From the NCBI GenBank assembly GCA_963790305.1, contig CAWBOC010000003.1, forward strand, positions 122,479 through 186,478: DNA of 64,000 bases, read 5' to 3'. Made by a program: the position numbers and the translations under genes. The notes under the pieces were generated by a model. It was not told where the DNA came from, ran no database searches, and saw nothing but the letters and a program-made list of their open reading frames with translations. This document shows, piece by piece, positions 28,374 through 38,712 of the stretch (positions within the stretch are counted from its first letter, which is position 1; each line of letters opens with the position of its first letter). Source of the DNA: an uncultured Gemmatimonadaceae bacterium. GTDB taxonomy: Bacteria; Gemmatimonadota; Gemmatimonadetes; Gemmatimonadales; Gemmatimonadaceae.

Positions 28374-31300
28374 ATGATACGCGTGCGAACGTTGGGTCAC
28401 AGCGTGATCCAGATCGACTCGACGCCGGTCGGTCCTGACGCCGAGATCGTCTTCGCCGCACTCCTGCTGCTGACCGTCGAGCCGGGCAAGCGCCTCGGAC
28501 GCGGCGAGCTGTTAGGCATCCTGTGGCCGGAGGCGACGGGATCCCGCGCTGCCCATTGTCTCCGCCAGACGATCTACCGGTTGCGCACGCTCGGCGTGCC
28601 GCTGGAGGTGAGTCGCACCCATCTCAGCGTCTCGTCGGAGGTAGTGGATTGCGATGTCGATGCGATCCTTCGACATTCGACGGGTGGAGGATGTCGAACG
28701 CATTGCTGACGACATCGATGGACCGTTTCTCCCTGGCTACTGGCCGAGTTTCTCGGAGCGACTTCAAGAATGGGTGGAGCGTCATCGCGACCTCGTCACG
28801 GCGAGCGCGCGACGCGTGTTGGTCAGCGCGATCGCGACCCGCAAGGCTCGCGCGGAATGGAGTGAGGTCGAGCGCCTGGCGCATCGCTGCCTCGCCATCG
28901 ATCCATTGAACGAGGACGCCACCCTGGCGCTGGCGGAGGCGGCGGCGCTTCACGGGGGGAAGGTCGAAGCGATTGGCATCCTCGATCGATATCTGCACGA
29001 GATGGGGCCGACGGCGCGTGAGCTGCGCCTCCCTGCGATGGCGCTCCGCCGGCGGATCGCCGAGCCCGAGCTGGAGTTCCCGCTCGCTCCGCCGCTCCAT
29101 GTGCCGTTCGTGGGTCGCAGCGCCGAGATGGGCATACTGACCGGCGCGCTTCGCAGCGCGCGGGGGGGCGCCGGGAGCGTCCACTTCATTCACGGGGAGC
29201 CTGGGATCGGCAAGACCAGACTCCTCACCGAGTTCTCGCGTGCGGCGTCGCTCGAGGGTGCGCGCATTGCTGCCGCGCTATGTCAGTCCAGCGACGCGCG
29301 ACGCCCGCTGTCCGCGTTCGTCGATCTGGTGCCGAGGCTCATGACGATGCCGGGCGCGCTAGGGTGTAGTCCGCAATCGCACAGGTATCTCCGGCGCTTC
29401 ATCGAACACCATTCCGGTGGCTCGCCTCCCACGCCGGATGTGCCGAAGCTGCCTTTCTCTATACGAACGTGCGCGGTCGCTCTTCGATCTGTTCGATGCA
29501 ATCGCTTCCGAAACTGTTCTGGTCGTGTCGATTGAAGATGTTCAGTGGCTCGACGCGGCATCGTGGGAGATAATCGGTGAAACCGGCTCTTGGCTCCAGA
29601 CGCGGCGCACTCTCCTCCTGCTAACATCGCGTGAACGAGAACCACAGGCATCGGAATCACGGGCCTTCTGCAGTCGCAACGTCTCTTCCCTATGGCTCGC
29701 ACCGTTCGCTCGGCCAGAAAGTGAGCGTCTCTTCGCAGCAACCCTAGGCGAAGAGACGCAGAAAGTCTCCGCTTCCTTCCGCGATTGGTGCGTCACTATG
29801 AGCGGCGGGAATCCTTACTACCTCTCGGAGCTCGCCCTGCACAGCCCCAAGCGCCGAGGTGAGTTTGTGGTCCCTCCAGTTTGTCGGCTTTAGTGGCAGA
29901 AAGGGTAGCGCGTCTTCGACCGGTATCATGTCGAGTTCTACAGGCGTGTGCGATACTCGGTAGAGATGCCACAGTTGATCGAGTCGAAAGCATGCTCGCG
30001 CAACGACGCATTGACCTACTTGACGCACTTGATGAGCTTGACGAACACGCACTTATCGCCTGGAACGGGTCCCAGATCGTTAGTCGCCATGACCTCCTTT
30101 CCCAAGCTGCGATCGCTCGACTCTCTCCGCTATCCCGAAAATTGCTGCACCAGCATGCCGCATTGGTCCTCGAAGGCGAAGTATCGTCGGGTAGCACACC
30201 CGCCGTGGTTTGGTCTTCTGCTGAGCACTGGGCGGAGGCCGGTCTCCCTGAGCGAGGGATTGCGCTGGTGTGCAAGTGCGCGCGTCAGGCTATTGAGCTT
30301 GGCCAGCCCCAAGAAGCTGTTGAGCTACTCCGCCGCACAAAGGACCTACCGTTAGCTGATCGGGAACGCCTCAGCGTTCTTACAGAGTTGATTTACGCAT
30401 ACAGGGCGGCTGACCGGTGGCAGGACGCCACGAGGGAGTTTGCTGACCTTCGCTCCCTGCGTCGTCGTGTTTGTGCAGGAGAATCCGGTGTTCACGACGA
30501 CATCGAATTGATTGGGATCGAATCTCAGTGGCTCGGAGGGTTCAGCCCTGAAACGATCATCGCTCAGTTACTCCAATGTTGTCGGTCAAGTGAGACGACA
30601 TTCGAGCCACCGAATAGCCGCCGCCAAACTTTGTCTTATTATCTCAGACAACGTGCGTGATTGCGCAACTGCGATAGAGGCATTCGAACTTGTAAGGCAC
30701 GATCTGCAAATTGAAGCTATCCCGACAGTGGAAGGCATCGAGGCCCGTCTGATCTTTGAGACCTCGTTTGGGGATCGTGCGGCAGCGAAGAGCACCGTCG
30801 ACAGGCTTCTGCAGGCCGATTGGCAGTCGTCTCGAAGACAGGCCTTTAGCCTAATCCTCGCGGCACACGCATGCGAGCGATTAGGAATGCCGGGGCGCGT
30901 GACACAGGTCGCGACCGAAGCATATCGACTTGGAGTTGAGTCCTCCTGCGCGACCGCCGCAGCCGCTGCCGCACGAAAACTCGCGTGGGCTTATTTGGAC
31001 GAGGGAGACCAAGAGCAGGCTGAGCATTGGTATAAACTTGCCCTGGGTTGGGTACAAAAGGGGCAACTCTCCAGCTTTACCGCAGATTTGCTTGGGCTTC
31101 ACGCAGAACTACTGATTGGCCGTGAAGACTACGCCGGCGCCAGCGAAGCGTTAGAGAAGTCGCAAGAGGCTTGGCACCGAACCGTTCACGCCAGGTGGAA
31201 ACTGAGCGTTCTTTCGGCGCGTTCCGCGATTTGGCTCGCCACCGGCGCGCGAAGCAGCTGTGAAGTCGCGGCGAGTGAGTACGGAGAGTTACTGAGCCGA

Positions 31301-31555
31301 CTGCATCACGAGGAGGGGAACGACCTATTTGCGGCGCGATACTTCCTGCTACTCGCCGGCATTGGTCGACGCTATGAAGCAGAGGTGGAAATGCGGAAAT
31401 ACCTCGCGTCACGGACTAAATCGCCCGTTCAGTACAGCCCGACTCTGAAGGCGGTCATACGACAGTTTTCGCCGAGCGGCACGGAGGATCCTGCGACTAG
31501 CGGCTACCTACTTTCCGAAGTCGACCTGACGTCGCCATCACCACCCGTGAGCTGA
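28374..31555 (+). pseudogene. SARP/BTAD - AAA(P-loop) - TPR STAND-type transcriptional regulator (about 1060 aa), about four frame breaks as assembled
   Basis: ORFs 28332..28709 (winged-helix: ELLGILWPEATGSRAAHCLRQTIYRLR), 28654..29535 (BTAD helices; VGRSAEMGILT...FIHGEPGIGKTRLL), 29417..29893 (VLVVSIEDVQWLD; GGNPYYLSELA), 29881..30660 and 30512..31555 (TPR-like helical repeats) read through as one protein. Confidence 0.7.
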
Positions 31556-33006
31556 TGGGCGTCGGTTCCCTCTGTTCTGGCACAAAGAGGAGTGACCAGA
31601 GTGGGCTCGCCAATAACCGATCGCAAATCATGGGATCAAACTGGCGGGCCCGTTGCCGAATGAACTCGGACCGCACCTCCGGCTCGCCTCTGGCTTGACG
31701 GTATGGTCGATCCGTTGTCATCGCGTCTATAGTATCCGCGAACATGATGATTCGAGACTCAAGCGGTATATCCTCTCCCGCCAGACCGTCCGGGTAGCCC
31801 GATACCGTCCCAATTCTCGTGATGGTGGCGCAACGGAGCGACCAAGTCGCGCAGATTGCTCACGGTCGCCACGAACTCCGCACTCCGAATGGGATGGGTC
31901 TGCATGATGGCCCATTCGTCAGGCGTAAGCTTATCCGGCTTGCTCAGAATCGGCGCGTACATTTCGTGAATCTTGCCGACATCGTGCAGTAGAGCAGCCG
32001 TTCCAACGCGCTCGATCCGTCGTGTCGTAAGCCCGATGGCGCGCGCAATAATCTTCGAGTAGTGCGCGACCCGCATCGAGTGACCGGAGGTGTACGGATC
32101 CCGCGCCTCGATTGCCTTAACCATCAATTGCAGCAGTTCTTGGTTCACCTGTTCAAGTTTTGCTGTCGTACTGTAAAGCTGTCGGACGCCTAATAGCGGG
32201 ATCGCTAGGCAGACTGCTCCGAGCGGGCCAGTGCGAGCAAAAGCCCAGGCAAGCAGCAGAACCACAGGCGCTGCTAGGACGTCGTAGACAAGGGAGTGAA
32301 GAGTATTCTTGCGCCAGACACGCAGAATGCGACTTGCCTTCACTTACTGCGATCGCGCCGCTTACCGACAACGTATTCACAGCAAAGAAGACGACCGTGA
32401 GCAGGAGGAACGGAATCCCGAATCCCGACGCATCGTACGCAAGCTCTTCTAAGGGCGCTCGCAGAATCGATTCACCACCGAATGCCAAATAGCACAGTGT
32501 ACCAAGGGCGGTCGCCAAGGACATTTGCGCAACGTTGAAGACGCGCCTTGAGCAAGGGGCGCTGGCTGAGTACCTCGGCGATGACGTACGCGAGGGCCAC
32601 CGATACGGCGCTCGTCCAGTGGGGAGCGACGAGAACCAAGCGCCAAGAAAGGAATAAATGCGATCGTCCCTCCCGCGCCCTGCGGAAGGGAGAAGAGCAT
32701 CATTTGCGCCAGAATTCCCAGCCCGGATAGCCAAAGCGCGGCGCCGACGTGCGCAAACGACATTCCGGCCGATACGCGTAGAGCGCAACGACCGCGAGCG
32801 ACTGCCAGCAGACAATTGATACCGACGTACTGCTGTATTCTGATCGCATAGAAGCTGGGACCCCCGTCCCCGACTGCTAGATCCACATCTGCGAGCCACC
32901 GGAAAACACAAACTTCATCAAACCACTCACGAGCCCGGCCAAGAACTCCATGGTGCGTCACCTCCCTCAGGATAAGTCGCACCGGCATCCGCCGAATGCG
33001 CTCCAA
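31497..33006 (-). pseudogene. Membrane-anchored HD-GYP-domain phosphodiesterase, at least three frame breaks as assembled
   Basis: ORFs 32449..33006 and 32153..32911 give the TM helices. ORF 31759..32343 gives DPYTSGHSMRVAHYS...ALLHDVGKI...HHENWDGIG. Removing one G from a GGG run near 31798-31800 gives GIGYPDGLAGEDIPLESRIIMFADTIDAMTTDRPYR, continuous with ORF 31497..31745. Confidence 0.75.
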
Positions 33007-33302
33007 AAGGTTGGCTCCGCTCGTACTACCTGGCCTGCCCGCTCAGCTTCGCTCAGCCGAGGAACGGGGGTTTTTGTGGGTTCCTAGTTGGTTGGTCCTT
33101 GGGTTCGACTACCTCCGAGAACACCAGCGCTCCCGGGTTCCGCCTCCCCGGGCGACATCGCCCGGCCATCTCACCCGCGCTGCCCTCCCACCACGGACGG
33201 CGTGCTACGCAACCTGAAGAAAGAACACTGCGAAGAAAAAACTGCGAGGATTCACACGCCACGATCGGCGCGCGGAATGGCCTGCCGAGCTACCTCACAC
33301 GC

Positions 33303-34028
33303 CTAACGGGCGTGCCCGATCCACCGATTCGTCGCATCCAGCACCGCCAGCACGCTCGCCGTCTCGGGACTGTCCTTGATCTCGCACGTGCCGCTCAAGA
33401 AGGCGCTCTCGCGCCCCCATCGCGCCGTGAGACCCACGATCACGAACTCCCGGTCGAACGCATCGATGAGCTTGCAGCCATCCAGCGCCAGCTGGCGCGA
33501 CTCGCCTTCCGCCTGGCCGATGGCGAGAACCGCCGCACGCGCCGCCAGTTCCGCGCGCGAACGCTCGGTCTCCGCTCCCTCGGCCTCTCCTATGTACGAC
33601 GCATCACCTTTTCTGAGCGTCACCCGGCACGTCACGCCCTTCGTGCGCGAGCGCCGCACCTCCACATCCTCGAAATAGACGCGGCGTTTGTTCGCTGCCT
33701 CCTCGAGAATCGCGGCCTCCGCCGCACGCACTTCGGGCGCCGGCTTCGGCGTCTCGACGGTCGTCGCCACCGAAATCTTTCGATGATCCACGCGCATGCT
33801 CAGGTGCGCGATCAGCGCGCTCTCGATGTTGCGCACCGTCTGCTTCGGCGGCACCTCCGCCGTCGTCAGCACATGGATCTCATCCACCGCACCGTTGTCG
33901 CTCGCGACGATGCGCACCGACACCACGCCCGGCAGCGTCGCGAGCAACTCCTCCGCGCGCTTGATGGGGAGCACGCTGCCAGCGATTGGGCTGGCAATCG
34001 TCGGATGCGGGGCAGGAGTCGCGGCCAT
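33303..34028 (-). CDS. Hypothetical 241-aa protein, co-transcribed with the sigma54 activator
   Basis: Intact ORF 27 nt downstream of the activator stop. It has two modules (LPGVVSVRIVASDNGAVDEIHVLT...KQTVRNIESALIAHLSMRVDHRKISV and VTCRVTLRKGDASYIGEAEGAETERSRAELAARAAVLAI). No family recognised. Confidence 0.5.
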   Translation of the reverse strand: MAATPAPHPTIASPIAGSVLPIKRAEELLATLPGVVSVRIVASDNGAVDEIHVLTTAEVPPKQTVRNIESALIAHLSMRVDHRKISVATTVETPKPAPEVRAAEAAILEEAANKRRVYFEDVEVRRSRTKGVTCRVTLRKGDASYIGEAEGAETERSRAELAARAAVLAIGQAEGESRQLALDGCKLIDAFDREFVIVGLTARWGRESAFLSGTCEIKDSPETASVLAVLDATNRWIGHAR

Positions 34029-34055
34029 TGCGGCTTCGAAGTGAGACTGCGCGGA

Positions 34056-35725
34056 CTACAGGAGGGACGACAAGGCGGGAGCGGCGCGAAGCCGCCGAGT
34101 CAGCAGAACCGGTTCACGCTCGGGACGACGGGCGTTTTCGGCACGGGCCAATATGAGATACAAGGCTCGCGAAATCAAGGAACTACGTTCCTCCGGCACA
34201 TTATACTCTCTCAACTTTCTGTAGAGCGTGCGCTCGCCGATCGCCAGCATCTCTGCGGCCTTTCTTCGGTTTCCACGCGCACGCCGCCAGCGCCTGCCTG
34301 ATCGCGGCACTGCTCGATCTCTTCCATCGTCATCCCCGGCGCGATCTGGATGACGTCCGAGGGCTGCTCGCGGTGCCTCGATGGCGTGCTGAGCTGCCGA
34401 GCTGCGAACTGCGGAGCTTTGTACGTCACCGATCCACTGCACCGTCCGGTTGGCGCACCTCGTCCAACCTTCTCCGCAGCTCCTCCACCTGGAGCTTCAG
34501 CTCCACCATGCTGCGGACGATGAACTCCAGCTCGCGCCCGGCTACGCCCTCGGTCGCGCGCAGCACCGGACCCACGTGCACCGGCAACAGACGCGGGGCT
34601 CCGCCGTCGCGGATCTCGCGCGGGATGTCCTCGGCCCCGATCTCGCGGCCGGGCGACAGCACCACCATGCTCTCCACCAGGTTGCGCAGCTCGCGCACGT
34701 TCCCCGGCCACGGAGTAGCTCGACAGGATCTGCATCGCCTCGGCCGAGATGCCCTTGAACTCCCGGCCGTGCGCCTGGGAGAACTCGCGGACGAACTTCC
34801 GCACCAGGAGCGGGATGTCCTCCGGCCGCTGGCGCAGCGGCGGCAGGTAGATGTGGAGAACGTTGAGCCGGTAGTAGAGGTCGGGACGGAAGCTTCCCTC
34901 CTCCACGTGCTCGCGCAGCGGACGGTTCGTCGCCGCCACCACCCGCACGTCCACGCGAATCGGTGAGACGCCGCCGAGGCGCATGATCTCGCGCTCCTCG
35001 AGCGCGCGGAGGAGCTTCACCTGCGTCGGTGGCGGCGCCTCGCCGATCTCGTCGAGAAAGAGCGTCCCCGTGTGCGCCAGCTCGAACCGCCCGAGCCGTC
35101 CGCTCGGCGGCTCCGGTAAACGCGCCCTTCTCGTGGCCGAACAGCTCGCTCTCGAGCAGCGTCTCGGGGAGCGCGCCGATGTTCACCGGGATGAACGGCT
35201 TCGCGCGGCGCGGGCTCAGCTGGTGGATGGCGCGCGCGACGAGCTCCTTGCCCGTCCCGCTCTCCCCCTCGATGAGCACGGTGCTCGACACCGGCGCCAT
35301 CTGCTCGATCTTGACCAGCACTTCGCGGATCGCGTCGCTCTCCCCGATCAGCCCGGTGATCTCGGCGAGACGCGCGCCGCTCGAGGATGCGCTGGATGCC
35401 GTCGAACACCTCGTTCACGTCCACCGGCTTCGTCCAGATCTCGACGTAGCCGAGCGCGCGGAGGCGATCGCGAAGCGTGGGATCGTCGAGGTCGGAGAGG
35501 CCGACGACGGCCGTCCCCTCCCACAGCTGCCGCTTCACGAGCTGCACGTTCGGCTGGTCGACGAGACCGCCGGTGAGCACGATGACGTCGGGCTTCTGCT
35601 TCTCGACGGCGGTGCGCAGGTCGTCGTACGGCGACACGACCTCGGTCTCGACGCCGGCGCGCTCGAAGCAGATTCTTGAGGCGGACCGCCGGCTCGACGT
35701 CGGTGAGGGTGATCAGGACCTTCAT
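34056..35725 (-). pseudogene. Sigma54-dependent transcriptional activator (NtrC family) with an atypical receiver domain, about five frame breaks as assembled
   Basis: MKVLITLTDVEP (tail of ORF 35348..36601), then ORF 35017..35637 (receiver-like, ...IWTKPVD), 34542..35321 (GESGTGKE Walker [11 protein letters not shown]), 34211..35020 (LFLDEIG, RVVAATN, LYYRLNV), 34426..34698 (VRELRNLVE) and 34056..34442 (Fis-type HTH: GNRRKAAEMLAIGERTLYRKLREY). Confidence 0.8.
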
Positions 35726-35779
35726 CGATTGCGCGCTGCCCGGAGGGCGCGCGGATTGCGGATTGCGCATCAGCCTCAT

Positions 35780-36274
35780 CGCGCGGTCCCCGTTTCGTGA
35801 TCGGTTGCGTTCGCCGCGCAGGATCTGGATCGCGTGGTCGATGATCGGCTCCAGCGCGGCGAGGCCGTCGCGCACGCCGCCGGGTGAGCCAGGAAGGTTG
35901 ACGATGAGCGTGCGCGCGCGTACTCCGGAAATCCCGCGCGACAGCGCCGCCCTCGGGAACGACGACATGCACGCCACGCGCAGCCGCTCGGCGATTCCCG
36001 GCGCGTCGCGCTCGATCACCGCCCGCGTCGCCTCCGGGGTGACGTCGCGCGGGGAAAGGCCGGTGCCGCCCGTCGTGAGAATGACGTCGGCCACGTCGTC
36101 GTCGGCCCACTTCGTCAGCGAGCGCACGATCGCGACGGTGTCGTCAGCCACGAGATCGCGCGCCACCACCTCGCTTCCGCGCGCCTTTGCCCAGGCGACG
36201 ATGGCGTCGCCCGAGGTGTCGGCCCGTTCGCCGCGAGAACCCGCATCGGAGGTCGTGAGGAGGGCGATTCTCAT
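35780..36274 (-). CDS. mogA: Molybdopterin adenylyltransferase MogA/MoaB family
   Basis: From MRIALLTTSDAGSRGERADTSGD within ORF 35348..36601(-), with ILTTGGTGLSPRDVTPEAT and LPGSPGG. No in-frame stop precedes the next gene, so the 3' end is approximate (probable indel near 35760-35800). Confidence 0.75.
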
Positions 36275-36275
36275 A

Positions 36276-36337
36276 GGTGATCGAGGGTGCTCCAGGGCGC
36301 CGAGGGCGATCGAGGTGACGTCGTTGCCTCGATCACC
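36276..36337. repeat. Hairpin with GATCGAGG-type units
   Basis: GGTGATCGAGG ... GATCGAGGTGACGTCGTTGCCTCGATCACC, in the gcvT-mogA junction. Confidence 0.6.
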
Positions 36338-36365
36338 GCGGCGTCCTCGACGACCTCGATCGCCT

Positions 36366-37482
36366 CTATTTATGCGCCCCTTCCTCTTGTAGAACGGCGT
36401 CTTCACCACCTCCGCCGGGACGCGCTTGCCGCGGATCTCGATCTCGATCGCCGTGCCTTCCTTCGCGGCGGCGGGCGGGAGATAGCAGGTGCCGATGGCG
36501 ATGCCTAACGTCGGGCTCACGGTCCCGCTGCGGACGAGGCCGTGCGGCTTGCCGTCGTGGAGCACCGGGTAGCCGTGGCGCGGGAAGGCCTTGTCGCGCA
36601 TGACGAAGCCCGACGAGCTTGCGCTCGAGGCCCTTCTCCTTCTGCCTGACGAGCGCCTCGCGTCCGACGAAGTCCCCCTTCTGCAGCTTCACCAGCCAGG
36701 CGAGGCCCGCCCTCGAGCGGCGTCGTCGTCGAATCGATGTCGTTGCCGTAGAGCGCGAATCCCATCTCGAGGCGCAGCGTGTCGCGCGCGCCGAGGCCGG
36801 CGGGCGTGACGTCGGTGTTCTCGGTGAGCGCGTCCCACATGCTCGCGGCGTACTCCGGGCGGAAGTAGAGCTCGAAGCCGTCTTCGCCGGTGTAGCCGGT
36901 GCGCGAGATGACGGTGGGCATCCCGGCCACCTCGCCTTCATCGAAGTGGTAGTAGGCGATGTCGCCGAGCTTCGTCTCGGTGAGCCGCGCCAGAATCTGC
37001 TCGGCCTTGGGACCCTGAAGCGCGAGGAGCGCGACGTCGTCGCTGAAATCCTCGAGCGTTACCTCGAAGCGCGACGCGTAGCGCGAGATATGCTCGAAGT
37101 CCTTTTCGCGGTTCGACGCGTTGACGACCATCATGATGCGGTCGGCGAAGCGATAGACGAGGCAGTCGTCCTCGATCGTGCCGCCCTCGTTGAGAATCGT
37201 GGAGTACTGCACCTGGCCGACCGCGAGGGCGGCGACGTCGTTCGAGGTCACGTAGTTGGTGAACGCCACCGCGTCCTTGCCCCGGACCATGAACTCGCCC
37301 ATGTGGCTCACGTCGAACAGCCCGCAGCTCTCGCGCACCGCCTTATGCTCGGCGGTAATCCCGGCCGGGTATTGCACGGGCATCTCGTAGCCGGCGAAGG
37401 GCACGAGCTTGGCGCCCAGCGCGGCGTGGATGTCGTGGAACGGGGTGTAGCGGAGGTTCTGGGAGGCAGCTGAGAGCGACAT
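36366..37482 (-). pseudogene. gcvT: Glycine cleavage system T protein (aminomethyltransferase), two frame breaks as assembled
   Basis: From MSLSAASQNLRYTPFHDIH... within ORF 36517..37740 (GLFDVSHMGEF, ISRTGYTGEDGFE, GLGARDTLRLEMG). It continues in ORF 36366..36941 (LAWLVKLQKGDFVGREAL) and the head of ORF 35348..36601 (GKPHGLVRSGTVSPTLGIAIGT...VVKTPFYKRK). The 3' end is approximate. Confidence 0.85.
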
Positions 37483-37610
37483 AGGAGCTCCGGAGCTCGG
37501 GATCGGTCGGCGGAATATGCCCGAATTGCAGGAGCACTGCCAGAAGAACCGTTCGGCGGCGGGATTCCCCCTTCTCTCGGCCTTGACCAAACGGCGTGCC
37601 CATTGGCGCT

Positions 37611-37640
37611 GATCACATTTGTGATTGGGCCTATATCGCG
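37611..37640. promoter_or_regulatory. Motif cluster shared with the P1/P2 control region (GATCACATTT, GTGAT, GCCTATAT), and a possible promoter of P3
   Basis: GATCACATTTGTGATTGGGCCTATATCGCG. The same three words occur at 26571-26597 in a different order. TGATCA-N16-TATATC is a plausible -35/-10 pair about 50 nt upstream of the P3 ATG. Confidence 0.4.
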
Positions 37641-37686
37641 GTGTGGATAAGGTCGGGCGCACCCTTTGCGCATTGGGGACGGGAGT

Positions 37687-37968
37687 ATGGCCTACGCCGA
37701 GTTCCCCGATCGAGAAGGCAGGTCCTGGCGAGTGTGGCACACTCGCCCCCGGCTCGCGGACGTTCTCTCCCGGCTGCCTCTGGACTGGAAGGGCGGGTGG
37801 CTGACCTTCGAGTGCGAGGGCGAGAAGCGGCGGCTCGCACCCGTTCCGCCCGGATGGGAAGACTTTTCGCCGGCACGCCTCGATCTGCTACGACGTATGG
37901 CGGAGCCGACGACCACGGGGGCGATCGCCAGAGACGTTCTCCGCCGCGAGGAGCAGCAGCGGCGATAG
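37687..37968 (+). CDS. Small conserved protein, paralog P3 of the unassigned family
   Basis: From MAYAEF (GGGAG RBS) within ORF 37666..37968: MAYAEFPDREGRSWRVWHTRP...LPLDWKGGWLTFECEGEKRRLAPVPPGWEDFSPARLDLLRRMAEP. Confidence 0.65.
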   Translation: MAYAEFPDREGRSWRVWHTRPRLADVLSRLPLDWKGGWLTFECEGEKRRLAPVPPGWEDFSPARLDLLRRMAEPTTTGAIARDVLRREEQQRR

Positions 37969-37985
37969 CTCCGCGCCGCCAATCG

Positions 37986-38201
37986 TTAGGCTGAGCGGCG
38001 CTCGGCGCGCGAGGCGATCGCGTCCCCGCAATGTCCCGCGCTCACGGTCACGGCGATGCCCTGCCTCTCGAGCAGCGACAGGACGCGAGCCGCGTCCTCG
38101 CCGCTCGCCATCTTCGCCGATAGGAGCACTTCGTAGGCGGAAGTGAGCCGGCCATCGCCGAGCGCCGCTTCGAGCGCGGCGAGGGAGGAATACTGGGGCA
38201 T
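37986..38201 (-). CDS. Small protein resembling sigma-70 region 1.1
   Basis: From MPQYSS (GGAGGG RBS) within ORF 37986..38354(-). LEAALGDGRLTSAYEVLLSAKMASGEDAARVLSLLERQGIAVTV follows the G-x-LT-x-x-EV...GI-x-V pattern of RpoD N-termini. The assignment is tentative. Confidence 0.35.
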   Translation of the reverse strand: MPQYSSLAALEAALGDGRLTSAYEVLLSAKMASGEDAARVLSLLERQGIAVTVSAGHCGDAIASRAERRSA

Positions 38202-38379
38202 GGGAGGCCCTCCGACGAGGAAGCCGAGAGCACGCTGCATCGCGCATGCCCGCCGGGAGGATCGGCGAGAGAAACCATCGGGTAGGTTGGTCCACACGCG
38301 GGTTGGGGCATGAAGCCTGCCCCGCACACTCCCCCGCCATTGCCCTGGAAACAATGACCGAATCAGCCCTGGAAGCCCG

Positions 38380-38712
38380 GTGAGAGACTCGCCTCAGCCA
38401 TCGTCAGAAGCGGACGCCACCAATGGCGTCCCGCGGTGCGAGCCTCAGATCGAGGATGAAATGGTCATCCTCGAGGAGGTGAACGCATTCGTCAAATCAG
38501 CGGGTGCCGATTTGCAGGCGTTGCACGCGGCCGTCACCCGCTTCGTCGTGCATTGTCGGGATCGCGGCGAGCAGATCGAGCGCATCATCACCACGCTCAA
38601 GACGATCATCGCCGGAGCCGTGCGAGGGGATGCCGACGTCCGAGCCGTGAACGCGATCAATCAGCACCTGCTCGGCTGGGTGCTCGACGCCTTTTACACT
38701 CGAGAGCGCTGA
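38380..38712 (+). CDS. Hypothetical small helical protein
   Basis: 110-aa ORF. A better start may be the ATG at 38461 (GAGGA RBS). No family recognised. Confidence 0.35.
   Translation: MRDSPQPSSEADATNGVPRCEPQIEDEMVILEEVNAFVKSAGADLQALHAAVTRFVVHCRDRGEQIERIITTLKTIIAGAVRGDADVRAVNAINQHLLGWVLDAFYTRER

Noticed and set aside
33090-33125. tRNA/tmRNA-like T-arm (GGGTTCGACTACC ... ACACCA) in the 300-nt non-coding stretch after the HD-GYP gene
   Set aside because: The flanking bases do not form a T-stem (TTGGG against ACCTC), and no acceptor or anticodon arms could be built. A similar GGATTCGAATC at about 48250 is simply the coding end of the OMP gene.
35348-36601. A 417-codon ORF that would fuse the GcvT C-terminus, MogA and the N-terminus of the sigma54 activator
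   Set aside because: The three parts are clearly separate, well-known proteins, each with its own start codon. The two junctions contain repeat elements (GATCGAGG hairpin, GGATTGCGGATTGCG). The missing stops are best explained by the high GC content plus the indel errors seen throughout the window.
37483-37600. Glycine riboswitch in the gcvT 5' leader
   Set aside because: The minus-strand leader has fragments reminiscent of the aptamer (CGAGAG ... GCCGCCGAA). However, I could not find the conserved GGAGAG...CGCCGAAGGGGCAA...CUCAGGCAAAAGGAC core or a convincing P1/P3 pairing. It needs a covariance-model search (Rfam RF00504) before any call.
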